64,000 nt of DNA from an uncultured Clostridia bacterium (GTDB taxonomy: Bacteria; Bacillota; Clostridia; Christensenellales; UBA1242): NCBI GenBank assembly GCA_947054085.1, contig CAMRVD010000001.1, positions 24,676-88,675 of the forward strand, in the 5' to 3' direction. Both the position numbers and the translations under genes were made by a program. Below are positions 55,101-64,000 of the stretch, piece after piece; position 1 is the stretch's first letter, and each line of letters opens with the position of its first letter. The notes beneath the pieces were generated by a model that was not told the origin of the DNA, did not search any database, and saw nothing but the letters and a program-made list of their open reading frames with translations.

Positions 55101-58100
55101 TTGTTGCTATTATATTCCACAATAAATGTATCTGCTTGCCAAGACGCGTACAATTGTACATTTTGACTACTGTTATCTTTTATCCATTTACCATCTAAAA
55201 TATATTCGCCATTTACAACATAGCCATTTTCGTCAAATACTTTTTCGCCGCCTACACTTGCACTATAGTATCCCATAAATGTATAACCGGCAGCCGATGC
55301 ATAACTTCTAATGTTTACAACAGCATCAAAGGTTACTTTGTATTCTGTAATAACAAAGCCTTGCAAATTAGTTACAGTTTTAATAATCTCACTGGTCATC
55401 GCTTTAGAGCCAGTTGGTTTGTTATCATTAAATACTAAATTATAAGTTTTATTCTCCCATACTGCGTAAAGCGTCTTTGTACCATTTTCTTTATACTCGT
55501 CGCTATTAAACCAGCTATTCACCATTGTACTATCTGCAGTAGCACCATTTGTTAATACAACAGCACCATCCGAAGTTTCTGCCCAACCCATAAATGTATA
55601 TCCACTTAAAATGTAAGTGTTTATATTTAATGTTAAGCTTTGATCAAATGACACTACGCTACTTGTCATAGGTTCGGAAGATACACTTGTACTAGCATCT
55701 TCTACTTGGTTAGAGTTGTAAACAACTTCTATTGTATTTGCTTGGAAGTGTGCATACAATGTTAGCCATTCGTCATTTTCGGCATAAGCCCATTTACCTT
55801 CGTCGTTAGTATAGCCTGTTACACCTTTTACAACTGCTCCGGTTTCGTCAAATATTTTTTCGCCACCATCGCTTTCGGTGTAAAAACCTGTAAATGTATA
55901 ACCAAATGCACTTGCTTTTGCACTAATATTAACAGCTAAATCAAAAGTAACTGCATTTGATAACGAGTAAGATCCGTTGGTAATTGGTACTTCATTGCCA
56001 TCTATAATAACAACAATATGACTAGACATATCGCCCTTGTTTGTACTAAATACCAAACCCATGGCTTTGTTAGCCCAGTTTGCATATAAAGTAAAGCTTT
56101 GATCATGTGTTAAATTATATGCATTTTCTACATAATCTTTATCGCCGCTAACCGCTTGTATACCATCAGTTATTGTCCATGCGTTTGGTTGATAACCGTT
56201 TGCAGTCATTGAGTTTGTTTGAAGAATAACATCTTCGCCAAAGACTTTGTAAGTTGCACTAGGAAGCCCAACTGCAGCAGGTACTAATGAGTTTTGAGCG
56301 TATGTAATTATGTATTGCTCTCTTAAATAAAGTGTAATATTAGATTCTTTATTTTCTGCACTACCAGTAGGAAGCCAACTATATTCGATACTATTTGTAT
56401 TACTATTAACAGTAGGAACACTATTAACATCCAAATAATATTGATAATCTCCGTTAACTGTAGAAATTGTAATTATAACTTGGTTTGTTTCGCTATAATT
56501 AGCTTTAATTTGTCCGGTAAGGTTGCTAGCATTAAGAATAAATTCTGTGTCGCCAGCAGAAACTCTAACACCAGTTGCATGAGTTGTTCCTGCGTCTAGG
56601 CTGATATTTAAAGTAATCTCCCAAATCTTCCAGTTAGAATATAATTGTAAATCTGCATTTGCCGAGTATACTGCACCCGAAACATATGTAGGTTCGTCTA
56701 AAATAGCAGATTTATCTGTTACCCAGCCATTAGCACTATAACCGGTAGTTACCAGCGAGTTATTTGCCAATGTTACATCTGTACCATACACCTTGTCGAT
56801 ACTTACAGGAAGTGTACCAGTTACTGGCTTGCCTGCAAGATTATTTAATGTATGATTATAGCTAATTGTATAATGTTTATATGCAGATAAAGTTATATGT
56901 GCATCTTCTGTAGAAATCCAGTTATATGTTGTGCTGTTTAGATCACTACTTGTTGTAATATTGCCATTTGTAGATAGATAATATCCGTCTAATGCAAAAG
57001 TAACAACTACAGGCTCACCATTAAACTCGTGATTTTTTACAATAGTAACACTGCTGCCGTTATAGGTAATAGACGATGCACTAAGAACGCCGCCTTCGCT
57101 AGCTTCGCCCGTTACTGGAAGCACTCCGTATTTTGCGGTAATTAGAGCAATAAGACTATCACCATCAAAACCTGCATCTGTAAAGTCTATGGTTAAAGTA
57201 TATTTATTAATATTACAATTACTTGTAAACGTTACGTTTTTACCATTAAAGGTATTATATAATTCGTTGGCACTAACTTCTTCGTTTTGATTATATGTAA
57301 CTAAGTTGTTAGTTTCTGCACTACCAGTACTCCAAATACTAGTAAGAGCATTATATCCTAAATCTGCAAGTATTATTGGTGTAGTAAATGTTTGGTCGTA
57401 TGTAGCAGTTATGCTATTTACACTAGATGTACCATTATTTACAACCCAGTTGACTTTATATGTATTTGCTGTAAATGTTGCATAAACAATAGCATCACTA
57501 CTATGTATCCACTTACCATCCTTAGTAAACTCAGGAACATTAGATACAATGTTTCCGTTTGCATCAAATATAAGTTTAGCATCTTCGCCACTGGTGTAAT
57601 ATCCTGTAAAAGTATAACCGTTTGCCGAAGCAATAGCTAAAATACTTACTGTTTGATTAAATATAACTTTTGCTTTATTTATACTATGAGATACCTCACT
57701 AGTCATTGTGCTTGGCTTATCAAAAGTAAAGGTAATATTATACTCGTTAGCTTGCCAAACAGCTTCTAATGCTACATTGCCATAATAAGTAGATCCTGCA
57801 ACTGATGCTCCGCCGTTTAAAGTTGTATCTACTTCCCAGTTTCCTGTAGACTGAGTAACCTTCCAGTTAATAAATGTATATCCTGCTTTTGTAGCAGTAG
57901 CTATAGTAATATCGTCTGTATAAATATAGTTTGTTGTATGATCAACAGAAGAAATCACTCCGCCATTTAACTGGTAATTAACTTGGTAACTTGTATACTT
58001 AACATATACAGAACAAGCAATATCTTGATTTACAGTTAATAGAGTGCTGTAATTGGTGGTTTTTTCAGCATCTAACATAATGTAAGGTAAATCTGCTTTA

Positions 58101-61100
58101 TAATTATCTATAGTAACTTCGCTACCTTTTTTAATATAATACTCCGATGTACCCAAAACTTTGGTAGCCTTACCACCAGTAATAACATTTACACTGCTAT
58201 TAGCATCAGACACACTTTCGTTATTAAAGTAGAAAGCCACGTCTAATTTGCTTAATTGATCTATATATAGATAAACTATAGTATCATTATTTGCAGGCAT
58301 AACTATCGAAGTACTAACTTCGGTAGATATGTCGCCGTTGTTTAAATACAACGTATTTTCTAATGCTTTGCTCAAAAAGCTAATATAGTAAACCTTATCA
58401 GAATCTGCAGCTTTAATATACAAACCTACTCTTTCACCAAAGTTTCCATAGATACTAAAGTCTTGAATATCTTCTACAGCCGTCCATTCACTAATGCTGT
58501 TGGTTTTATATAATAAATTAGGAATATCGCTTCCGATAACATTTACCGTAAATTTATATTTAGCAACTTGATATTCTGCTTTTAATGTAATGTCGCCGTA
58601 TTTACCACTACTAATACTAAAGTCGCCATCGCCACTATAAGAAATAATATTATCGGTTAATTCTGCATCCCAGCTATTATTTTGTTGACTAGCAATCGAA
58701 TATCCAATAAAGTCGTACCCTTGTTTTGTTGGAACTGGTAAAGTTATTGTATCATTTATTGTATACTTACTGGTGTAATCACCGTCTACATTGCCATCAT
58801 CAAAATTATAGCTAATAGTATAAGTATTAATTGTCCAATCAATGGTAAATGTTACATTACCATATGCGTTAGTTATTTCTACAGCACCGCTTTCTGCAAT
58901 ATTTGCAAATACTTGGTTTGGTTTAAAGCTACTATCTGCATCTGCTTTTGTAACTTTAAAGCCACCAAAGCTATACCCATTGTTTGTAGGAATACTTAAC
59001 GAAAGACCACTTTCTATAGAATAATCTACATTTGTAGTGTCGTCACCATTAACTATAGTTGCTGTATAGCTATTTAAAGTAAACGTAGCAACAACTGTAA
59101 TATCTCCAAGATAAATATAGGTACGAGTTTCGCTTATGTAGTTAGCATTTTTAACAACGTTTCCGTCTTCGTCAAAAATTTTAACACTAGCATCGTCTTT
59201 TAATACATAGCCGGTAAATGTATAACCATTTGCTACCGCCATTGCATTAAAGTTTATTATGCTATCAAATAGTACACCTTTAGTGGTATAAGTTTGTACT
59301 ATTTCCACACTTTGCGGCATCGAATCTAATCTGCCATCGTTAAAGGTTATGGTGTACCGATTTGCACTCCATATTGCATAAAGTTGTTTTGTACCGTCTT
59401 TGCCAACACCGGCTTCCGAATACCAAGAATTAACAACTTCTTTGTCTATTTTTGAACCCTCGCTAAAGGAAGTTCCTTTTCCGTCTGCTCTGGTATTCCA
59501 ACTATCAAATGTATAGCCCGGTAAAACAAAGTTATTATTACTTAAAACAGCACTTTCACCATAAGTTGCAACTGAACTTTCGGTTACAGAGTCTTGTAAC
59601 TGAGTACTTGCAGATGATGGTTGATTACCGCTGTAGCTAATAGTAAAATTATCTGCTGTAAATACTGCTGCAATGTTACTTTGAGTAGTTAAAATATAGT
59701 CGCTTGTAAGTTCTGCTGTATTTAAGTTAACATTTACATCACCATTAAACCCTTGTAATGTGCTGCCAAATAAAGATCCTGTTATTGCAGTAATCTTATA
59801 AACTTCAGCATTATAACCTACATACTTAGGGTTAGAACTTGCAAAATACAATCCTTTTTGACCATAAATTGCATATAGTGTTCCGTTAGCAGTAATGGTA
59901 TATTCGCTTGCTGTGCTTCCTGCTGTATAAGCAAAATGCAATATACCACCATTAGCATCTATAAATATCTCATAGTAGTTAGCAGCTAACACAATTGTAA
60001 GAGTGTCAGTTGCATCTTTATTATAAACAGTGCTTAAGTTTGCAACATTATCGCTACCAATTATTACACTATTATCTGTAAGATTAGCAGCTGTTAAAGT
60101 AAATCCTGCTTTTGTTATAACTAAGTTTGTTACAGCAACATAATCGTCACCATCTTTAATAAATAATGTTTTGCTATCGTACTGAACATATAGTTTAAAA
60201 TCTGCATTAATTAAATTATCGTTTGCTGTAATGCTAGCACCATTATCGTTAATACTTAAAGCATAGTAATTTGCTGTAAATTTAGCTGTAAATACTAAAT
60301 CTCCATATGTTAAAGCATCTATACTTAATTTTCCATCTACAATGTCAGCACCATTATTATTGCAATCGAACGCTACAAAAGTGTAGCCTGTTTTAGCCAC
60401 AATAATGTTACTAGCTATTAAGTTATCACTTTCGCTTACTGTATAGGTAGTAGGAAGTATAGATTCTGCATTACCACCATTTAAATTAAAGGTTATTGTA
60501 TATGTGTTTCCGGTATATCTTGCGTAAAGATTAATACTTACATCTGTATTTGAAGTGCCAGCAAGATTTAATAGGGTTTGACCAGCAATATAAATTGTTT
60601 CGGTTTCGCCAGCAATTCTAGATGTACCTTGTGTTGTTGCCCAACCAGTAAGAGTCCAGCCACTAATAGAGCTATTTTGCAACTCGTCCTCGGTTAATGC
60701 ATTTTTTGCAGTATCGTATATATAAGTACTTTCGCCAAACAGCACTAAACCATTAAACGAATAGTATTTAATTGTATATTCGTTCGCCTTCCAAACAGCA
60801 TACAATGTAATTTCTTCGCCAGTTTTATCGGTAAGATTTAGTACCTGTTCCTCGTCGTTATATACTTTTGCTCCAGTGCTTGTGAGTGCCCAGCCTGTAA
60901 AAGTATAACCAATTAAACTAAATTGATTTGCACTTAAAGTAGTAGCGGTATCGTATTTATGATCTTGATTAGCCATAATACCGGATACTTCGCCACTGGT
61001 ATTAGCAGGTTTATTACTATTAAATTTAACTTGATACTCGTTAGCTTCCCACTGAGCTACAAAAGTTATATCGTAATAGATATGCTCTACAACTTGACTA

Positions 61101-64000
61101 AGAGTATAATTTTTTTCTGCCTTGTCTGCATCTTGCAAGTTAGGATCATTAATATTTGTAGGTTTGCCTTTAAAGCCAGTGAGAGTCCAACCTGTTAAAG
61201 TAAACATGCTAGTTTCGGTAGGCAATGTTATACTGTTATTAAAATTGTTAGTAAAATTAACAGAACCCTCGCCACCAACAATTACAACATTATTACTTGC
61301 ATTAATTGGTTTATTAGAGTCAAAAGTAACATTATACGATTTTACCGACCAATGAGCATAAAGAGTGATATTTGATTTACCAATCCACTCGGCATTTTGA
61401 TCTTCGCCTGCAACTAAATCTTGGTTGTTTGTAGTTACCAGTCTACCATTTTCGTCTATTACTTTATTGCCACCGTTTATACCAGTAAAGTAACCTATAA
61501 AGTTATAACCGGCAACACTGCAACTTGCAACTGGTGTATTTATAATCAATATGTCATATAAATTAGCACCAAAGTCTACATTTACATTATCTACCGATTG
61601 ACTAGCCTCGGTAACTCCTGCAATTTCCTTATCTGTAAAGTTAGTATCAAAGGTAATAACATAGGTGTTTGCTGTAAACTTAGCGGTTAACGTAACACTA
61701 CCATCGTGTATCCATGTACCTTCATTTACATAACCATCTGCGTCCACTAAAAGGCCATCTTTGCTTATAACAAGCAAAGTATCGCTGTAGTATCCATTAA
61801 ATGTATAACCATCTGCTTCTACTACTATAGGTTTTATAGCTTCGTCAAATACAACCTCTACACTGTTTGGTGCAGTTATTGTAGTGTGTTTTAGGTCTGG
61901 ATTTTGTAAAGTTATAGTATATGTTTTAGCTTTCCAATTAGCATACAAGTTAAGTGTGCTTTCTTTTATAATATTGCCGTCTTTATCGGTAATACCCTCT
62001 ACCGATGCAACAATGTTTCCTGTGTTTGTTATAAGTTTGTCGCCATTTTCGGTAAAGTATCCTAAGAATTCGTAACCCGTTGCAGAAGCGTTTGGCTTAT
62101 CTGTTATTGTTTGCCCTACGTTTACGGTAAGTTTATCTATACTCTGAGTAGCCGCAGAACTACCCGCAAAGTTTAAGTTAAATACTATATCAATTTGACT
62201 AGCTTTCCAAATAGCAAGCAGTGTTACATTGCCGTATTTTCCGCTAATAGGGTTTATAGTATTATTTTCTACATTAAATTGTTCGTTTAATACCCAGTTA
62301 CCGTCGGCAACAATAACCTTATATCCAACCAATACAGAGCCGGAACTTGTAATTATTGGTAAAGTTATATCTTGACCATTAGTGTAAGATAAAGTTTGTT
62401 GACCATTGCCGTCGGTATCTATGGTAATGGTATATTCGCTGGATTTATAGTTTGCGGTAAATACCAAATCCCCGTAAGTATAAGCTGGAATAGTAATTCG
62501 GTTACCATTAATTATGATGTTATCGTTATTAACCGTCCATTTGTCAAATGTAAAGCCTTGTTTAGTAGGAGCAGTTAAAGTTTTGCCCTGACCAGCCGGC
62601 ATGGTTGTATAACTAGACTCGTTAGACCCAACTATCGAACCGCCATCGTAATTATAAGTAATACTGTATGTATTATATTGTAAATCTGCTGTAGCCGATG
62701 TGTTTTGTGTTATTACTATGTCCTCGCCAATGTTTGTTACAGAATTAATATGTAAGTATTGAGGCAATGTAAAACCATAATTTACCGAATTATCACCGAT
62801 TTTTAAGGTACTATTTTTTGCAAATAATGCACTATAACTATTTGCTTTTGTTATAACGTTACCGCCAACAAATATATCGGTAAATATATTGTTTTGATCG
62901 CTAACCATTACACCTTTTAGAGTGGTTGTAAATGCAAACTCGTATAATCTAGCAGAATATACATTTATAGTTACATCATCGGTAATAGTTATATCTCTAT
63001 TAACAATTATCGTACCCGTTCTGCCTTGTTTAGAATAAGGAGTATCTACCGACACATCTTCGGTAAGTGAAATATAATAGTATTCACCCTCAGCAGTTTT
63101 TGCAGATAAGTTTAAGGTTAATAATGTGTTATAGTCTACAGTATAAGTATAAGTTTGTGCAGATATTTTTGTACTTAAGCTTTTTGCAATTCTAGATACA
63201 TTAGGAGCAAGTACATCGTCACCTATCTTAGCTATTAAACCAACATCTAAAAGACCATCTATATCTGTACCGTTAATAACCACTGTAATTGTATATGTTC
63301 TTACTTCCCAAACAGCAACTAAAGTAGCATTACCAAACATATCTTTACCAACATTCATGTCAGTAATTACGCTGGTTATATTTTTCCAAGGAGAATTTGC
63401 GTCTGCATCTTTAACTGACCAACCTACAAATGTATAACCATTTCTGCTTGCTACCGGTAAAACAACATCTTCTCCGTTTACTGGTGGATGCGAATACACA
63501 AGTGAATTTGGTAAAAGTACGTTATCTGTATTACCTTCTGGTAAACCGCTTTCGAAGTTTATTACATAATCGCCTTCTTTTTGTATACCAAACTTAGCAA
63601 TTACGCTAATATCTTGTGAAATGGTGTAACTTTCGTCTATTTTTTGATCATCTGTAGTAAAGTAGCCAATAAATACATAGTTATCGTTAGCTTTTGCTGT
63701 TAATACTTCTAAATAAAGGTTAGCACCATAAACGTTACAGTTTGGTTTTACTTGTGCCGTTCCACCAACTGTGCTTTCTATAAATTCGTTATTGCTTTGT
63801 TCTGTATAAGAAATAACGCTTACACTATATTTAGTACGTTCATACTTAGCACTAATAACCGTACTACCATCACCATTTATTTTTCTTGATGCATCAGTCG
63901 ATATATCAGAAGTGTTCAAATAATACTTAGCAGAATCGCCTAAGTAAGGATATTTTGTTTCTACAAGCTGTTTAATTGTATCAAAAGATACGATTTCGTC
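49139..64000 (-). CDS. giant (>4,950 aa) surface/secreted repeat protein, 5' end outside the window; Listeria-Bacteroides-type (Flg_new-like) repeats
   Basis: At least 28 repeats of about 70-80 aa carrying G(Y/F)TFxG(W/Y/F) and …LYA(V/I/H)W… motifs. The frame stays open from the track's TTG at 63919 to base 64000 (…DEIVSFDTIKQLVETKYPYLGDSAKYY-LNTSDIS…), so the true start lies beyond the window. Confidence 0.85.
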   Translation of the reverse strand, partial: DEIVSFDTIKQLVETKYPYLGDSAKYYLNTSDISTDASRKINGDGSTVISAKYERTKYSVSVISYTEQSNNEFIESTVGGTAQVKPNCNVYGANLYLEVLTAKANDNYVFIGYFTTDDQKIDESYTISQDISVIAKFGIQKEGDYVINFESGLPEGNTDNVLLPNSLVYSHPPVNGEDVVLPVASRNGYTFVGWSVKDADANSPWKNITSVITDMNVGKDMFGNATLVAVWEVRTYTITVVINGTDIDGLLDVGLIAKIGDDVLAPNVSRIAKSLSTKISAQTYTYTVDYNTLLTLNLSAKTAEGEYYYISLTEDVSVDTPYSKQGRTGTIIVNRDITITDDVTINVYSARLYEFAFTTTLKGVMVSDQNNIFTDIFVGGNVITKANSYSALFAKNSTLKIGDNSVNYGFTLPQYLHINSVTNIGEDIVITQNTSATADLQYNTYSITYNYDGGSIVGSNESSYTTMPAGQGKTLTAPTKQGFTFDKWTVNNDNIIINGNRITIPAYTYGDLVFTANYKSSEYTITIDTDGNGQQTLSYTNGQDITLPIITSSGSVLVGYKVIVADGNWVLNEQFNVENNTINPISGKYGNVTLLAIWKASQIDIVFNLNFAGSSAATQSIDKLTVNVGQTITDKPNASATGYEFLGYFTENGDKLITNTGNIVASVEGITDKDGNIIKESTLNLYANWKAKTYTITLQNPDLKHTTITAPNSVEVVFDEAIKPIVVEADGYTFNGYYSDTLLVISKDGLLVDADGYVNEGTWIHDGSVTLTAKFTANTYVITFDTNFTDKEIAGVTEASQSVDNVNVDFGANLYDILIINTPVASCSVAGYNFIGYFTGINGGNKVIDENGRLVTTNNQDLVAGEDQNAEWIGKSNITLYAHWSVKSYNVTFDSNKPINASNNVVIVGGEGSVNFTNNFNNSITLPTETSMFTLTGWTLTGFKGKPTNINDPNLQDADKAEKNYTLSQVVEHIYYDITFVAQWEANEYQVKFNSNKPANTSGEVSGIMANQDHKYDTATTLSANQFSLIGYTFTGWALTSTGAKVYNDEEQVLNLTDKTGEEITLYAVWKANEYTIKYYSFNGLVLFGESTYIYDTAKNALTEDELQNSSISGWTLTGWATTQGTSRIAGETETIYIAGQTLLNLAGTSNTDVSINLYARYTGNTYTITFNLNGGNAESILPTTYTVSESDNLIASNIIVAKTGYTFVAFDCNNNGADIVDGKLSIDALTYGDLVFTAKFTANYYALSINDNGASITANDNLINADFKLYVQYDSKTLFIKDGDDYVAVTNLVITKAGFTLTAANLTDNSVIIGSDNVANLSTVYNKDATDTLTIVLAANYYEIFIDANGGILHFAYTAGSTASEYTITANGTLYAIYGQKGLYFASSNPKYVGYNAEVYKITAITGSLFGSTLQGFNGDVNVNLNTAELTSDYILTTQSNIAAVFTADNFTISYSGNQPSSASTQLQDSVTESSVATYGESAVLSNNNFVLPGYTFDSWNTRADGKGTSFSEGSKIDKEVVNSWYSEAGVGKDGTKQLYAIWSANRYTITFNDGRLDSMPQSVEIVQTYTTKGVLFDSIINFNAMAVANGYTFTGYVLKDDASVKIFDEDGNVVKNANYISETRTYIYLGDITVVATFTLNSYTATIVNGDDTTNVDYSIESGLSLSIPTNNGYSFGGFKVTKADADSSFKPNQVFANIAESGAVEITNAYGNVTFTIDWTINTYTISYNFDDGNVDGDYTSKYTINDTITLPVPTKQGYDFIGYSIASQQNNSWDAELTDNIISYSGDGDFSISSGKYGDITLKAEYQVAKYKFTVNVIGSDIPNLLYKTNSISEWTAVEDIQDFSIYGNFGERVGLYIKAADSDKVYYISFLSKALENTLYLNNGDISTEVSTSIVMPANNDTIVYLYIDQLSKLDVAFYFNNESVSDANSSVNVITGGKATKVLGTSEYYIKKGSEVTIDNYKADLPYIMLDAEKTTNYSTLLTVNQDIACSVYVKYTSYQVNYQLNGGVISSVDHTTNYIYTDDITIATATKAGYTFINWKVTQSTGNWEVDTTLNGGASVAGSTYYGNVALEAVWQANEYNITFTFDKPSTMTSEVSHSINKAKVIFNQTVSILAIASANGYTFTGYYTSGEDAKLIFDANGNIVSNVPEFTKDGKWIHSSDAIVYATFTANTYKVNWVVNNGTSSVNSITATYDQTFTTPIILADLGYNALTSIWSTGSAETNNLVTYNQNEEVSANELYNTFNGKNVTFTSNCNINKYTLTIDFTDAGFDGDSLIALITAKYGVLPVTGEASEGGVLSASSITYNGSSVTIVKNHEFNGEPVVVTFALDGYYLSTNGNITTSSDLNSTTYNWISTEDAHITLSAYKHYTISYNHTLNNLAGKPVTGTLPVSIDKVYGTDVTLANNSLVTTGYSANGWVTDKSAILDEPTYVSGAVYSANADLQLYSNWKIWEITLNISLDAGTTHATGVRVSAGDTEFILNASNLTGQIKANYSETNQVIITISTVNGDYQYYLDVNSVPTVNSNTNSIEYSWLPTGSAENKESNITLYLREQYIITYAQNSLVPAAVGLPSATYKVFGEDVILQTNSMTANGYQPNAWTITDGIQAVSGDKDYVENAYNLTHDQSFTLYANWANKAMGLVFSTNKGDMSSHIVVIIDGNEVPITNGSYSLSNAVTFDLAVNISAKASAFGYTFTGFYTESDGGEKIFDETGAVVKGVTGYTNDEGKWAYAENDEWLTLYAHFQANTIEVVYNSNQVEDASTSVSSEPMTSSVVSFDQSLTLNINTYILSGYTFMGWAETSDGAVVLTNGATADSTMVNSWFNSDEYKENGTKTLYAVWENKTYNLVFNDNKPTGSKAMTSEIIKTVTNLQGFVITEYKVTFDAVVNIRSYASAAGYTFMGYYSASVGGEKVFDENGYVVNGEYILDGKWIKDNSSQNVQLYASWQADTFIVEYNSNKPNGASSNISGNTANSIATYDSSLTLSVNNYILSGYTFMGWSTTTNGDVLSTNRIPATNSGDASITEYVNSWYNRASVVNNAKVFTLYAVWSANSITLSFNNNKPINMSSTITINITSGGVQVPNPQVRFDGGVNIQAMASANGYTFMGFYSGQSTGVQVFGADGRVVLGTSYVSEAGNWIYDAAENSNGERVVNLYARWQAHTYTLNLNQTPISGMTSDITAGTTTVNVIFDNSIAQITSMPTANGYTLLGYYTSRTENGVQLFTNSGVAVTDVNGYISDGKWVYAAAANATIDLYTKWQVNKYTITFDTNGGEAIEPLEYTYESDITLPKAKNPGFNLAYYLVMSTSGSFVNGAQLTDMHLGKGNYGNVTLKAIYAAGEYQITYNLDGGTEGLNTPKEYTYNADEQTLQLSNPTKDGYNFTGWSVDSTGVNSTFGEVNIIAEGENLILSAGIWGSFSLTANWSAQSYTIYLNPNTPKAADADKPNTSVEMGISQFIIRYNDAVNSLSGLSGYINPTAAGYTFGGWASEDGVLVYDSNGNPITDTTTNAYIIDGVWKHIPANGNSLTLFARWTAKNYTVTLNANASANPDSPVYMSTYNTISYFGTPITDTTGNFKTSHVVTYDQKVTVKLLYSVNGYTFKGFYSAGNTVDGQMVFDETGTIVKGSSFADVDGRWIYDGELTIYAIWEANLYNISFTNKTTDNLSAFITSSSQAFNDIDNIFIKFDSTELYVKDSSGIAHRISNLNINKEVTLGGVSTNNGYQFVAASGSSNSVLYNLVAGEMNNFNSLDKPYTYTGELQLTATMAAKYFSLNVNAKDGENISFIAGTNGEVYNSTTAVGNIYGLFADTGLYWSNQNPEYNGKTTDVYKITSIIGTKTGYHLSGFDLADSKDQVEISQTSVNLKNPFNKTNNGTRLSPIWSANVYNVVENPAKSIIAIDASDFEQLSADLSGGLVLSDRLGVTYNFKQSYGLYLTDNSIATGSVLGLSDTEQFDYYNLFGYAIITSSGKVIITQKTDSTILPAFDANNGDDIYIVVLLTLKTIQINVDSVLDAEHTGGLDNITADAGEFTLQGINYLEEFDRHNRLVNNADSTLNYYYADSVVADIASATINTSVRKTITIYAGDRIKYTATAKVNNGYYISGISYVSDVNTNSETTGNILGTISREYCSTTINGETTYLPLAQGDIITVTYNQAKITLKVFDADSNRIMGTVTGWYKDIINLQNSDLYDLLKDVDNGPRKLANIVSTPINGGSAITFAYRENLKADGTLGELVFDNINGINIYDNNNWEVVVLNGNNSGDITLNLTANWYHKMQFTVTNRVIRKVPTSNFAGIEDEVLFTNDIVITAYQSERVTLTPHDDILNYANNDAIYNGENKTLLSSAEVPIIINTINFGSIKLEGEGTDRKYVVQFSDITRNLTTIGAIVDCDPIYSNVSLNDLINIYSGGSLQQGAAKVEITVKLFKGTAIERLLTFTNIDRTKYDNTIANLSAEVQNSYTSKTAYAMIGSNYLVISSENGNSFSSLVHGDFITYWDKADVKVETFYYFYKLTEVYTEQHSDEGVITGSKINYNITSEADQSGAGHSLAAKVETNQNLFNRNIVVNVQFNKYGTIYYYADSNDDPLEQYTQTIPEGNVDYNHFTLNQIADITHYRLVGYSTNNQGEWSIYGSDGTLNQYNEFSILKGYLQSIGGDNSTILLWDNKDAGNIKLAGEWKPVSVWVEYGDGYKKHKGFGNFKQTDTETCANDFMAAYNWIVENNITDAIINLYNDGINSRVYNINKTIKLTTNNGSPIKLTINTLGLVVSGDEVEGTTNGTSATLKITKTGGTFTGGSVFEVSAGSVLKFNSGNPNSAAINIDYGDGQGLTLFNVIGELYINSASKDENTEEKGAAIYRMQIQNATRAGIIFNQQDGSYVKACNIDMIGVVPVDNTGTVQSYLFFFTGACAGQYSHIKISNDNDSELDNPIINMDDSGADGVEFDNITITLS

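Noticed and set aside
1190-62578. Numerous 60-160-aa ORFs antisense to or nested in long genes (e.g. 1190..1408, 6281..6484, 8024..8206, 13238..13630, 22124..22462, 23807..24280, 36806..37198, 50643..50987, 54494..55013)
   Set aside because: Each lies entirely inside a well-supported gene on the opposite strand or in another frame. Their composition is low-complexity and mirrors the host gene. None has its own signals.
1-64000. Alternative genetic code (e.g. UGA read as sense)
   Set aside because: Conserved housekeeping proteins (EF-Tu, EF-G, LeuRS, AlaRS, DnaB, ABC ATPases) are full length with standard stops, and their frames contain no in-frame TGA/TAA/TAG.

Overview
AT-rich (roughly one-third G+C by eye) chromosomal segment from an endospore-forming Firmicutes/Clostridia-type bacterium. 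The evidence for that placement is a gerA-type germinant receptor operon, yabP-yabQ-divIC, and a GlnRS. All calls come from reading the sequence and ORF track; no searches were run.

Content is mostly housekeeping:
- rpsL-rpsG, fusA-tuf, alaS, glnS, dnaB, rpsF-ssb-rpsR, tmk, trmL, leuS
- a P-type ATPase, dut, a heterodimeric ABC exporter, a GT2 glycosyltransferase, radC
- three tRNAs (initiator Met, Met, Glu)
- a giant (>4,950 aa) Listeria-Bacteroides-repeat surface protein whose reading frame runs off the right edge

Findings most worth following up:
1. An apparently unnamed family of about 128-nt imperfect palindromes sits on the stop codons of tuf, rpsG, alaS and rpsR. There are 8 copies between 5.2 and 20.7 kb, all in one orientation. 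They carry a strand-asymmetric conserved apex, and a second repeat family accompanies them.
2. The tRNA locus is mirror-imaged, with twin consensus promoters. Each leader holds a decayed copy of its own tRNA, interrupted after C34 of the CAU anticodon by a shared module.
3. A comFC-like / dprA-like / HAD operon is broken by three frameshifts, all at A-tracts.
4. AlaRS lacks the C-Ala domain, and its last codons form one arm of a repeat element.

I saw no CRISPR array, rRNA, transposase or integrase.
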